A stretch of DNA of 64,000 bases from Octopus sinensis (GCF_006345805.1 NC_042997.1:8122001-8186000), one strand, 5' to 3'. Positions 24,082 to 37,279 are shown, numbered from the stretch's first letter. The notes: generated from the sequence alone by a model not told the origin. Made by a program: numbers and translations.

Positions 24082-24895
24082 GCGCTGGAGATGTACTACG
24101 ATGTCAACTGTTCACCGCCAGTGAACTAAGGTAACATCTCTTATTTTTCGAGCACCTACCGGAGTATTCGAGCAGTTCCAAGCAGTGCTTTTTACTGCAA
24201 GTGCTCCACACTTATTGCAGCCCCTATTTCTTCCACGTACCTCCCGCGATTTTTGCTCACTGTTCCCAGGGCTCCGACAATTATTGGTACTACTGCTACC
24301 TTTTTCATTGAACACAAATTCTTAAATTCCCAAGCTAACCTTCATATCTCACAACTTTTCTTTCTTCTTTATCGCAAACCTTTTTGTCAGCTAGGTATGC
24401 TATATCTATGATCCAGCATAGTTTGTTTTCTTTCTCAATTAAGACTATGTCCAGCTTCCTATTCTCTATCTCATGGTCGCACTAAATCATAAAATCTCAT
24501 ATGATCTTTGCATTTCTATTTTCGAAGATGCTTCGGGTTTGTGGTCGTACTAATCTTTGGCTCTGTCTAGTCCATGCTTGTTGCAAATTGTCCAATTGAC
24601 AAGCCTGGCTATATTGTCGTGGCGTCTCTTATATTCCTTCTGGGCTAGTAGCATACATTGGCTGGTAATATGCCATACGGTTCACCGTTTTGTCTACAGA
24701 TTCTGCACTTATCAACTTCTGCTTTGTTGTCTATTCTGCATTTAATGTTGTTTGTTCTTAGTGCTTCCTCTTAGGCAGCACAGATTACAGCCTCAGTTTC
24801 CGGTTTTAAATCACTTTTAGTCATCCAGGCCATCTTTTTTCTCTGTCTTATCTTCAATATCCCTATGAAACTGACCATGCATTCTTTTCTTTACG
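24081..24895 (-). mobile_element. R4/Dong-clade LINE 3' fragment (CCHC + RLE endonuclease region)
   Basis: MHGQFHR, DLKPETEAVICAA, CRICR, DHEIENRKLDIV, WIIDIA, VPIIVGALG, ALLGTARIL. The 3' end runs into (TAA)n. Confidence 0.87.
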
Positions 24896-25375
24896 CACAT
24901 ATTTATGTAAGTATATCAATGCATGTAGACCTGATAGTAATCACTAATGTTTTATGACTCTCCTTTTCCCGGAATTTAGATCATCTTCTATAGAGTGATC
25001 CCTTCCTCTACTCTTTTTATTCCTTCCTCTCTTCTCTCATTCCCCCTCTTCCCCTTAATTCTTCCTTTACAAATCGCAATTTGCCTTCTCATTTCCTCTT
25101 TATCACTAATTCACTTGCCTCCTTCCTTCTCTTTCCCCCTTCCTTCATGCATGTACTATTCCTTCAATGTTCTGCTTTGTTATAACCAGAAGTAGCTCTG
25201 ACGAAAGAAGCATTAATTTTTTTTTAAGTCCTTCATTTTTTCACAACTGATCAATTGAGTAAACCTATCAGTGACATATCTGTAATGACTACTGGAAATA
25301 GCTTTAAGCCTAATTTACTGGAATAAAGAAAAATTATGAACTAACCATTATTTATACCTTGTCGCATATATATAT

Positions 25376-25412
<37 letters not shown>

Positions 25413-26988
25413 GGAGAGAGAGAGATCGGTTGATATATAGATAGATACACACACATGCATTCATACACACCTACATCCATACATACATACAGGCATACAC
25501 ACATACATACATATGTGCTTTTGCCTGCGCTTGTAAATGTATTTTGGCGTTGGTGCCAGTGAATTCTGTTTGGCAACACGCATAATGAAATGAGGAGTGT
25601 GTGGTAGTAGACAGAGATATTGTCATGCTTAGATTTCATGACACAAAATAAAGGAAACTTGTTTGATGGTGTTACAGCAATTACGGGTTTATTTTTCTTA
25701 TCAGTGCAAGTACCAGTATAGAATCCACATTCAGAGAACATAGTAATATCCAAAGGATTAGGTTTGAATATTACATTTGAAGCTATTTTCCCAGAAGTAA
25801 CATTTCGGAGCATTACTCTTAAATAAGCACAAGACGATAACGGTTGTTCAAAGGCAGACAACCACTCATTATAAATCCGCGTATAACCGAATAATTGACC
25901 TAACACCATGAATCAAGTATTCTACTCTAGCTGAATGCTTTATTGCTAGACATTGCATTTTACAGGGTTACCGATTACTAACGTATTTAGCCTTAATAAC
26001 AAATTAAAACAGAGAATTTAGTCGTAACCATGCAATAATTAACTTCGTGGATCAAACAAAACGAAATCAAATGACACATACCAGTATATGTAAATGTCGC
26101 AAAAAACATTATCCCTCAATATTCAGCAAACAATTTGTGGGTGACTACAGATATCCTTATTTAGTCGGCAACCGCAATGCAAATGAAAGGTAGATCTGCC
26201 AGGAGATGTATCTAGTGTCATAGAGTGCTACAATGCAAGACCGGCACCAATAATAGCAGATATGAAAAAGATATTGACGCAGTAGGGAGGAGCTCCTTCA
26301 CGGTATGATGTACCTCACAACAAATCCAAAGCCTACTACTCAGAGTAGCAGCATAGTAGATCGTTTTCTAACATTTACCTGAAAAACATTACAATGGTAG
26401 CCAACTGCATGTTGAAATGGAACAAGTGACAACGAAACAAGAACATTTTTTAATGATTATAGTCTGGCTATTCACGTTAAAGATTGTACGAAATTTGCCT
26501 CACCTTGAGGCTTCACGCCCGATACTCCACTTCGATTATGGGCAGAAAACACTTTTTTCAAACTTAATATAGGACGAATATCCTGCCGGTTCACTACAAA
26601 ACCTAAACAGATCCCCAAGTGGTATGTAAGCGACTCTATATACATTTGAGTGGATAAAATGTTTGTTTCTATAGGCACAAGAAGTCATATAACGATGACG
26701 GGAATACCATAAAAGAGTCTTGTCTCTCGTGTCAGTTCGCAATTTGGCGTTCCAGTACTTGCTGCTGAGTAGGAATAACTACGCTGAAATTCGTGCATGC
26801 AAAAATCTGATGAGAAGGTGCTGTGGGCCGACTAGGTGCATTTACACCAATTTGTCTACAGCAAGAAATGTTCTCCATGTCAAAATACAGTGAATGGCTT
26901 CTTTACGGGTCCGAATATTCCTGAAGCATATTTGAAATGTTAACAAGTTTATAAATACATAAATACATACATTCATACATACATACAC

Positions 26989-27042
<54 letters not shown>

Positions 27043-27132
27043 GTATAAGGGTGAAAAGGAACACACGAGTTGATATATATGAAAAAACAAGTCAAAATAG
27101 AAAATGCTAAAATAATTTTATAAAGAACATTT

Positions 27133-27170
27133 CAGTACCGGTTTCGGTCATTTTGAGACCTTTTCAACTG
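27133..27170 (-). ncRNA. minimal type-I hammerhead ribozyme, U3-A8 core variant (family 2)
   Basis: Reverse complement of 27687-27724. Confidence 0.72.
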
Positions 27171-27686
27171 TAACGATTAAATAATTAAATTTAGAAAAAT
27201 TAGAAGAAAAGTTTTTTTAAAGGAATATTTGTATATTAGTGTTCAAATATAAGTGGCATTCTGCCTTTCTCTGACTCCCTTGTTTGCACTTGTGTGTTCG
27301 AGGTCGTTGTGAATTCTTGGTAGGGTAGAAGAAGAAGAAGGCTGAAGAGGAGAGGGGGTGGAAAAATTTGGGAGTGCCTTGATTGTTGTATTTTGAATGG
27401 TCAGTGACGGCTAGCAGTTGCAGTTCAATTCAGGAGAATATTTCTATTGCGAGATTTGTTTATGGAATTTGCGTAGGTGTTTTACTAAAATTTTTCCACC
27501 CCCTCTCCTCTTCAGCCTTCTTCTTCTTCTACCCTACCAAGAATTCACAACGACCTCGAACACACAAGTGCAAACAAGGGAGTCAGAGAAAGGCAGAATG
27601 CCACTTATATTTGAACACTACTATACAAATATTCCTTTAAAAAAACTTTTCTTCTAATTTTTCTAAATTTAATTATTTAATCGTTA

Positions 27687-27724
27687 CAGTTGAAAAGGTC
27701 TCAAAATGACCGAAACCGGTACTG
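27687..27724 (+). ncRNA. minimal type-I hammerhead ribozyme, U3-A8 core variant (family 2)
   Basis: CAG-TTGAAAA-GGTC-tcaaaat-GACC-GAAAC-cg-GTA-CTG. Palindromic stem III ACCGGT. Confidence 0.72.
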
Positions 27725-27884
27725 AAATGTTCTTTATAAAATTATTTTAGCATTTTCTATTTTGACTTGTTTTTTCATATATATATATATATATTAGTTG
27801 AAATTTATAGAATACAAAAGACGATGACGGATGTATGAACAACAATAAGTGTATTAGTTTGACTCTCGAGAAAAAGAAAAAAGT

Positions 27885-27921
27885 TCTTTACATTTCGAGT
27901 CTACGCTCTTCAACAGAAAGA
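27885..27921 (-). ncRNA. hammerhead-like motif, CTGTTGA-A variant (family 3), degenerate
   Basis: Reverse strand TCTTT-CTGTTGA-A-GAGCGTAGACTC-GAAATGTA-AAGA. Confidence 0.5.
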
Positions 27922-29015
27922 TATAAGAGAAAATAAACAGAGAGTGAATGAAAAGAGCTTGTAAATTTCGGCGGTCCAGCATGGCGAACGTATATATACT
28001 TAAGCACCATTTAAGGTACCATATTGGGTATCGTAATATAGTGACAATATATAAATATGTGTGTGTGTGTGCGTGCTTACATCTTCTAATCATTTTTCCA
28101 TTTTAAATATCATATTGCCTTGTTGTAGAGATCGAGATAGAATGTTAAATCTGCAGATTAATTTTTTTGTCATTATAGAAGTGAAATAGTGATGAGGATT
28201 CAAAGCATTTCACGGAGGACTAGTACAATAACAACATTGGTTTTGTTGTTTTTTATCTTTATGTATTTGATCACGAACAGCACTAATGATTAATGCATTC
28301 TATTACCTTGACCAATATTTCATATTGTTGGATACTATTATTACAAATATATATTTCTTTCTTAAATAAAGTAAAATGTACTTTGATGGATAATTTGCAG
28401 GTGAACCGCGACAATTAGTAGATACCGTGCCTACATAGTGTTTTCTGCGTTTTGCTTGGAGTGGAATTATTTCTGGTGCGGATTGTATCAGTGAACTTCT
28501 GATAGAAATTTGTGAAATTAGATTGACATGTATTAAAGATGTATAATATCAGCCTCTCCCTCACAAGAAATAAAGACATGTGGTTAAATCTAGAAATTAT
28601 TGAAAATTTTCTGAATAAAGCATTGAATTTTAAATGTACGAAACAAATATGCAATGTTTCCCCTCACCCTTTTTATAATCATTTACCTCTAGTATTTGCT
28701 GGCGTTTTTATGAAATTTAGAACGATAATAATGTTAAAAATCAACATTACGTGTATTTAATTGCACTTGCTAAAATAACATCAAAACGTGATATTCTTGT
28801 CGAATTTTAATCTTCTTATTACACATTGCATGATGAGCGCATGTCTTTAAATATATTACCAAGACAAACAATCATTTGAACGGTTAAGTAAATTTGTACA
28901 AATTTTTGTATATGTTTGACATTCTTATAAATAATATAGATCATATAGTAATTTTAAAATCCGTTAATTAACGCAAAGAACACAATACTCAATCCTATAG
29001 AACTTCTTGTTTCAG

Positions 29016-29067
29016 TGTTCGGTTCAAATCATGGTATTTGCATTCTCAATGTTGCTTTAGAAATCAC
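29016..29067 (+). CDS. candidate 52-nt exon (xFGSNHGICILNVALEIT), unknown protein
   Basis: Acceptor cttcttgtttcAG, donor cac|GTAAGT. The same frame is open in the paralogue at 21434, which matches better in the exon than upstream of it. Confidence 0.5.
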
Positions 29068-29180
29068 GTAAGTTGAATATGTCACTAAATTAAATTATGA
29101 CGGATACACCTTTTTTAAAAATTTTAATCTGAATTTTGAGAAAAATTTGTTTAATATACTAAGCACTTTTCCCCCAACAG

Positions 29181-29290
29181 ATCTGATTCGGCAATCCACC
29201 AGAAATATGGCAATTAAAGGTGGACTGAATATCCAGTATAACAAGGCCTATTGCAATGATATCTGCAGTTCTGAAAATTGCTGTCAATAA
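29181..29290 (+). CDS. candidate terminal exon following 29016-29067
   Basis: Strong acceptor cttttcccccaacAG. Spliced in phase 2 it gives TSDSAIHQKYGN*; the phase-1 reading gives LIRQSTRNMAIKGGLNIQYNKAYCNDICSSENCCQ*. Confidence 0.35.
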
Positions 29291-30125
29291 TTTCTTTATA
29301 CTAAAAGGAAATAAATATTTTCAAATGAAATCCTAGTTCATTTATTCAATCATATGAACAACAACCAACTAGAAAGCCTCCACGCATTTGAGGATCCTGC
29401 TATAAAAATCAATCAATTCACCTGAAATTAGAGCACACTACCATATAATGAATGAGGAGTTGATCGAAGTTGAATTGGATTTGTTTCTTACGTCTGATAG
29501 TGCCAATTTCAGGGCTTAAAACTATATAACCATCAAAAGAATAAAATGGCATTATTTGTCAAAGGATGATATAGAAGGGACAATTTGGTGGTGAAATGTT
29601 TTAAAGGAAATTAAATAGAGTTAACAAAATATTTGAAAGCCAAAATGTCATCGTATTAAAAAAAGAGTCTATAACAATAATCTTAAAATAAACATGTCAA
29701 TTCTTTACATTGTTGAAGTTTCCCCTGAAAGAGCCAATTGTGAGAATATGATACATTCAAAGAAGTGATGTGAAGAAAAACAATAGCAACATAGTGAGGT
29801 TGGTAATTCTTTCGGTAATTTTGATAGAAATTCATGTAAACATCTAAAGCGTTCTTATTGATTAGATGCCAGATTGTTTGCAAAATGCCGCAGGAAATAA
29901 AGGTCAATAAACAAATTATGAATTATTAGCAAGACCGCTATCTATTAATCCTCTGTGATAATAAAGAAAAGCGCTTTCGACATTTTATTGAAAACTATTA
30001 CTATACATATACACTTACGGATGTGCACGTACACACTGGCACGCACGCACGCGCAGAGAAACACACGTCCATATAAATGCATACATATTTATCTATCTAT
30101 CTATACATATATATATATATGTATA

Positions 30126-30217
<92 letters not shown>

Positions 30218-30794
30218 GTATGTATGCACATAGGCTTCATAGAATGAACAGGATAATCAGACAAACAGAACTCAATACGCGCATATCAAACTTATGAAGC
30301 AATCAGACAAGCACGTTGAACGAAACTGTATTCTATTAAGTCTCTTTATAAATTCTACAGATTGAAATCATTGGAACTAAAATATTAATAGCAATGAAAA
30401 TAAAACAGTAGACATAAATGTACGTCAGATGAAGTAGCTCTCTGTGTTAGTCGTTCGTTCGACATATTAATTAGCTCATAGAACTATAACGGTAGTTGCT
30501 CGGTATTCTTCAAATTTGTGGCCAAGCATGGCCGCAGTACTCGGACTGAGACTAAGCATGAATAAAAGGAGAAACTATACATACGTATACATGTCCATTT
30601 ATATCAGTAAACACACACATACACGTGTTAGCATGTGTTTAATTATTTACATTTTTAATATATTGTCGATACTGTTTAATTAGTAACATGGTAATACTTA
30701 AGAACTATGTGATTGTACCATGCTTTAGAGAATTGAATTCCTTTTGATTTGAAAAAAGTTTTGCAGTCTAATATATAATAATAATAATAATATA

Positions 30795-31003
30795 CAGGGT
30801 GTCCCAGGAGTCACGCACCATTCTGGTTTTCATTACAAATAATTAAAGCATTTTATTTAATTATATTTTTTCTGCATGCTTGATTGTAGAGGCTGCTCAA
30901 TTTGAGCATTTGTTACGATTAATTTCAATAAAGTGTTTTTGAAATCAATAAGGGTGTATTCTTTTAAAAAACCAGGGTGGTGCGCAACTTCTGGGACACC
31001 CTG
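30795..31003. mobile_element. Tc1/mariner-type MITE (209 bp)
   Basis: TIRs CAGGGTGTCCCAGGAGTCACGCACCATTCTGGTTTT / AAAACCAGGGTGGTGCGCAACTTCTGGGACACCCTG. TA on the left, TG (mutated TA?) on the right. Confidence 0.88.
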
Positions 31004-31741
31004 TGTATATATAAGATAATGTAAGATAATACAACTTTATATCACTTATTCCTACCTGTAGTTCACTAGGACATCTAATGCAGTGACAGAAACAACTGCA
31101 TTAAATGTCCTAGGGGCAATTGGATGCTTAACGATAATGGAAAGTCGGAGACACAATTTATTGCATTATTGTTACACTGAACCAAAACTCTGTAATGCAT
31201 TATATACCATAAACAATACTACAAACTATAGTAGCAGCTTAACCATAACACTTAATGCAGACTGGATCATGAAATTCTTAACTAAACAGTAGCAATCATA
31301 CATCTATTTGTACACACAAACACACAAACACACACACACTATATATATATATATATATATATATATGTTAGCTTGTTTGTATCGTAACCACGCTCGCTTT
31401 GGGGCGGTTATCTCCCCTGTCAGCACATAGAAAATGTACTTTTGTGGCTTTAATTGTCTTTCACTCTTGTTTCTAGCAATGTCGGTGCTACCCTGCATCC
31501 TCTGTCGTAGTATTTCATAGGTATCCATCAGATGTTAGAAAAAATTACGAATGTTCCCAGATATGAAAATTGTAGTATGCTCTCTTATTCTTTTATTCGC
31601 CATACTTACTGTTATATGGATTGGCCCGAATTCCAGCCAAAAAAATGTAACAGAGGTAAAGGGAGTGAAAGTAAGGAATTGTTAAAAGATATGCAAGAAT
31701 TGCAGCTATCTTTAATCACATTTACAAGGTGTTTACAGCTG

Positions 31742-31785
<44 letters not shown>

Positions 31786-31867
31786 GCTTCCACCGCTACT
31801 GCTTTTGCAGCTGCTGTTGTTGTTAACCAACAAGACGGATAAGGGGGATTAGGTGATGGTCTAGGGA

Positions 31868-32137
31868 TTAGGGGCGGGAGACCCCAGACCTTGAAAAAAA
31901 GAACTTTGGTCGTCTTGTTGTAGCCGAAGGCTCTTCGTTGACGCCCAACACCACTGGGAGGTGGCCCTCGAAGTCGCTCGAAATGGAGATCTCCAGGTCA
32001 AAATTCTTGAACGGCTGCTGTTGCTGCTGTTTCTGCTGATGCTTCGGCTGCTGCTGGTCATGATGATGAGGATGATCTCGACGACGACCATTCTGAATTT
32101 CAAATATGGTCTTTAGTTTATAAAATGATGGTCCCAT
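31868..32137 (-). CDS. candidate coding exon with His/Gln-rich tract, unknown protein
   Basis: GC/CpG-rich island in AT-rich DNA. GC3-rich codons in frame ..PFKNFDLEISISSDFEGHLPVVLGVNEEPSATTRRPKFF. Possible donor TCAAG|GTCTGG. Confidence 0.5.
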   Translation of the reverse strand: MGPSFYKLKTIFEIQNGRRRDHPHHHDQQQPKHQQKQQQQQPFKNFDLEISISSDFEGHLPVVLGVNEEPSATTRRPKFFFSRSGVSRP

Positions 32138-32499
32138 TTCTTTGTGTATATTTGTGTATGTAATTAAACGAATAAGTAAACTAGACCTTATGAAGGGGCA
32201 ACTACGCAGTTGTTCGACTTGTTAGAAGCAGGTGCTAAATTTATCCGCCAATCACAGTTAATTGCAAAAACAAAAGAAGAAAGGCAATTACATTAGACAA
32301 TATAGTCCCGCTCGTACAAAAAAGGAAATTGTTGCAGCTAGATCAACTTTGATCATGACCTGGCCTTGAAAACAACAATAGCATCAGTATATAAATTCTA
32401 ATACAGAAATATGAAGAGGCATAAAATAACATCAGATTAAAAAGTAATTTTCAAATAATACATAGAAAAATTTACAGAATGAAAATCATTGAAAATCAT

Positions 32500-32643
32500 T
32501 TAAAAAATTTCTTTTTTCTTCTCCTTCTCCTTCTTCTCCTTCTTCGTCTCCTTCTCCTTCTCCATCTCCTCCTCCTTCTTCTTCTTCTTCTTCTTCTTCT
32601 TCTTCTTCTTCTTCTTCTTCTTCTTCTTCTTCTTCTTCTTCTT
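32500..32643. repeat. (CTT/CTC)n microsatellite
   Basis: Direct inspection. Confidence 0.95.
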
Positions 32644-33153
32644 CATTTTAATACTGGTAACATATCTTCAGATATTATACATGAATTATCAGTGTCAATA
32701 ATAAGTGACATTCTAACTAGATTCGTAAAATGCAAAGTTCAAACATGTTAAACGTTGAAATGTAACTTCTGAATTGTTTTATCAAATCTAAATTTTATGG
32801 AAATATAACTGTAATTTTAAAACATCTTTATTTAATGAAAATGCATTTCATTTAGTTTCATATAAAGATTACATTCCATCCTACGATATCTGACTGCTTT
32901 ATAGAGGTAATTATGCGTATTGTTTCCCCTAAAATTGTCGTTCGTTTATGTATCTATTTTCTCGCCGATTGCTTGACATAGGAAATGGTCATGATATTGG
33001 ATACATTTCAACAAATTATAATTGAAAGGCCTATTTTCTTTGATATGATTTCTATCAATAATTTCTTAAATCTAATATTGGAATGCAAATAAAAGGCAAA
33101 GTATTTCTCACGAAAGATCTCATGTGGTAATAATTAGGTTAACTTTCAACCAG

Positions 33154-33204
33154 AAGGTACTTTAAAATCTATAAAACCAAGTAGTTCCAGCATAGAAAAC
33201 ACGG
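33154..33204 (+). CDS. candidate 51-nt phase 1-1 exon (xGTLKSIKPSSSSIENT)
   Basis: Acceptor ttaactttcaaccAG, donor ACGG|GTAATG, frame-preserving length. Confidence 0.3.
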
Positions 33205-33465
33205 GTAATGGGAAGAAGATAATTTTGAATGACAAAATTCAGTTTCTGCTTAAGGCACGTTATTCCACCATTCAGCTATCACAAAGCTATTTGCTGATCA
33301 AACAACTGATGCAGGAAGATCTGAATGAGTACATCAATTATTATGTTTTGTTTGAAATAACATTTATTTCCTAGCAATATATTCTACATACGCATTGTTA
33401 TATCTGTATGCGAGTATGTTTGTGTCCATAGTATGTATATGTGTGTACATACTTGTCTTTGCATT

Positions 33466-33506
<41 letters not shown>

Positions 33507-34683
33507 TATATATATAATATATATATATATATATTATATATATGTATGTATGTATGTATGTAAGTATGTATATATATGTGTGTGTATATATAGATACATA
33601 CATATTCCAATGAATACATCTTACTATTCTGTATCTTAAATGTACAATGCCTTAAAGGATAAGAGATTCAATGTAAAAAGAGTTGAATGCTTACCTAAGC
33701 AATGATTATATCTGAAAGCATAAAAAATGTTTCTTCTTTAAAACCACAATACACTAAGAATATAAAGCAAGGACCACGAGGCACTTAAGAAATATTTCTC
33801 AGTTGACTATAAGTACCACAAATTATCTAATAGACAAAAATAAAGGTTAGTTTCAGTTGAATGCCAAGTCTAAGAATTATGATGGGTGTTCCATTAGTGA
33901 AATATTAGAGAGAGTATATTTGCCAAGCATATTATCACTGTTTATGGTGTTATTATATATATATAAATTTACTGAATGCAGTGGCATAGGTGGGGTTTTG
34001 TGAGGGATGATTGTCGGGTAATGTAAAGCAGCGGTATGTCATATAACATTGTTAAAGTCAGTGATATGAAGTGGAGTTCATGGATGGCAGATCCCCAAAT
34101 TGCTGTGAATGCTAGAGAAAATGCTCGCAAATGTTTAAAAGAATCTTCTAAATAAATTTTTGTTTCCAGGCCATATAAGCGACAAAAATGTCGTATATTG
34201 AGAAATGCTTTTTCGTTTTACCTTGCCATAAAACGATGCTCAGCAAATTACACAATAATATATAAATAACTGATAGAGAAAACTGCTTCGTAGAAGTTTG
34301 ACATGCTAGATATCACAGTCACATTTCTCTTAGGTAGAACCAGGTTTAAAAATGAGAACTTCAATTCCTTGAATAAAACAGAAATGTTACTTGACGCAAT
34401 TAGAATGACATTGATCATCAGACAGATTGAGCAAGATTAGCATAGGTCTAACAAACAACGACACCACCCACAACAGCAAGACATGTATTTACATAAAGAA
34501 TTTCCATCGGAGTAAATCATTATCTTTGAACGAACATAATTAAAATCTGCTTCTTTGTTCATTACACATACATATGACCATACACATAGAGATACAAACA
34601 AGCATTCTCGCCATGATTGATCGCTAAATCTAAAAGCTGTTTTATTCTCTCTTTTTATCCTCTCTGTTTATTTCCTCATATTC

Positions 34684-34719
34684 CTTTCTGTTGAAGAGAG
34701 TAGGCTCGAAACGTAAAAG
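34684..34719 (+). ncRNA. hammerhead-like motif, CTGTTGA-A variant (family 3)
   Basis: CTTT-CTGTTGA-A-GAGAGTAGGCTC-GAAAC-GTA-AAAG. Confidence 0.55.
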
Positions 34720-34854
34720 ACTCTCTCACATTTCCCGAGCGTCAAACTAATACCCCTGCTTGTCGTTTTTACACCTGCCTTCGTCTTTTGTTTCTCTGTA
34801 AATTTCAGCTCTCTCTCGCTTTATATGTAATTTTCCATCTAACAAATCTACACA

Positions 34855-34975
34855 GAGGGCGTAGGTCAGCTCGCGGTTATAGAAGAATACACTCGTCTAA
34901 GTTGTCACGCAATGGGATTGAACCTGGCACCATGTGGTTGGGAAGCTAACTTCTTAACACACAATCACGCCTGCT
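34855..34975 (-). mobile_element. SINE family A, 5' fragment
   Basis: Reverse complement of the family-A tRNA head. Confidence 0.75.
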
Positions 34976-35863
34976 CCTTTATATATTTTTTTATATATTA
35001 TATGTGTGATATGTGTGTGTGTATGTATGTATGTATGTATGTATGTATGTGTGTACGTGTGTGTGTATGTGTGTGTGTCAATTTTTGTTTTATGTGCAAT
35101 TATAACACAGCAGTTTTTCAGTTTTATATTAATATGGTGGGTTATTTTATACTGTTGTAGAGTACAATTTTATTATTTTTACGCACGAATGATATTGAAA
35201 GTAACTTTGAAGGAGGTACTGAAAAGTGTCTGGCTTTAAGTGTATCAAGAAAGGCCGGGCTGGAATTCCAATCTTCCGAGTTCTTTCACAGGGCTTAGGA
35301 AAACTGAAGAATTGATAGAATAAGAGAATGAGAGGGGAATATGCTGAATAAAATCATGTTACTGTTCCTCTTGTATTTTCTTTTACCCAATTCCAGGAAA
35401 TCTTCAGTACCGCTTCGTAGTTCCGATGTTACCAAAGACTACATGGAAAATAAGAAGTACATGCTACAACAGTGTAGTTTTCAACGGCACAAAGGTTTCT
35501 AATATCTAACGGAAGAAATCTATTCGGAGTGGATATGGACGTATTGCATGAATAATCAGCTATATGCCATTCCAGAGAAGCCAACCACTGCTATAAATGT
35601 AGCTGGGGTCAGCCTTATCAAAGTATCTCATTTAACCCATGTGAAGTACTGTAGAAATATTCTCAATTGCATAGGTACTGATTCATCATCGTAACACCAT
35701 TTTGGAATGGAACTAGCAAAGAGTTATACGGTAGAAATGGAAAGAGCATATATGTGTGTGTGCGTGAGTGTGTGCTGGTGTATGTGTGTGTGATTGTGTA
35801 TGAAAGTGCGCGCTCGTGTGTGTATGTATGAATGTATAACGTATATGTACATATGGAAACATG

Positions 35864-35894
<31 letters not shown>

Positions 35895-35897
35895 ATA

Positions 35898-35937
<40 letters not shown>

Positions 35938-37279
35938 ATATGCATATATATATATATAAGAGAGAGAAAGAGAGAGTAATATATGATAGCTGCAACTCAG
36001 TTTCGAACAATGGATGAACTGTTAAAGAAGAGCACTAAGGATGTAGTATTTCTTTCTTGCTATGCACTTTTCCACATATGTAGTTATGATGGGTACCTCC
36101 TGGAGTAGGTGTTCTAAGAGTTGATCTTCCATACTGACACCAGTCATGATCCATGATAGAACCTTCCATTGAGAGCTTTATCTTCAGCTACGGCCATGTA
36201 TAATAGAATTGTTAATTGAGATGTTAAAAATGAAGTGATATTTATGCCTAAAGGGAGAGCCAATTACATTCACTGAACAACGTGTGTATATGGCCAAGGA
36301 AGAGAAATAGTTTACATCACTCGATGCAAATGAGGATAGGGGTGTTCAAGCACAGTTCGTCTTCTCCCAGAAGGATGATTCAACAAAGTCTATAGTAGAT
36401 GTCTCTTACACCTGTTAGATATTTTGTGACTCTCCTTAACTCATCTACCCATTGACATATCTTGCTTTCGTCCCGCACAGTGTTCTGCAAATCCTTCTCT
36501 GAAGGTGCAGGTTTGATAGGGTACAGGTTTACTCAACGACGGCCCAACAGTTTAAAGTGACGTATCGCATTACATATTACTAGTAGCACTAAGAATGAGC
36601 TGGCATTTTAAATTTACAAGAGAAACGTAATAGTTAACAAATATCTACTCTAGTAATCTTTCAGTTTAACATTAAGTAGATCTATTCAATAGTTGACACA
36701 AAAACAAATACATATGTATGTATTTATGTATGTATGTATGTATGTATGTATGTATGTATGTATGTAGTATGTATGTATGTATGTATGTATGTATGTATGT
36801 ATGCGTGTGTGTGTAGTCATTTGCATATATACATGTGTGCAGATGGGTGTATGTATGTGTATAGTGTAGATTTAAATATGGATGAATATAGCCATATATA
36901 CAGTTTGGAAAACTAATATATGCTATATCAAGATCGACAATTACTATCAAAAACATTGAAATTTACTGATAATAGAAGTAAACAAAATAAAGTTAAATAT
37001 TTTTTCCAAAAGAAAAGACATTGGATTCGTCTGTAAAATGTAAAACTAAGTGCAATTTCTACAAACTTATCTTAGACTTATTTAATGAATAAAAATGATG
37101 TATTGTGTACGAAGCACAATATACTAATACATGCAGTGAACGTGAAAGCATAAAAGACGATGATGGGACAGAGAGAGTGAGAAAGAGAGTGAACTGCGAC
37201 ATCATTCTAAGAAATGATATATGCATCCTTCAGGCAGTGGTGAGTCTTCAGTGATATAATCAAAATCTAATGATTACAA

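Larger units (their letters stand above)
27047..27784 (-). mobile_element. second pLTR/retrozyme-like insertion with a 297-bp inverted duplication
   Basis: Arms 27073-27369 and 27488-27784 (one mismatch seen), 118-bp spacer, 26-nt tail on one arm only. TA-repeat flanks. Confidence 0.85.

Noticed and set aside
31900-32010. Resemblance of NFDLEISISSDFEGHL to TGF-beta prodomain or arrestin C-terminal strands
   Set aside because: Only a few matching residues; no RxxR site, cystine knot or other domain exon found. No gene symbol assigned.
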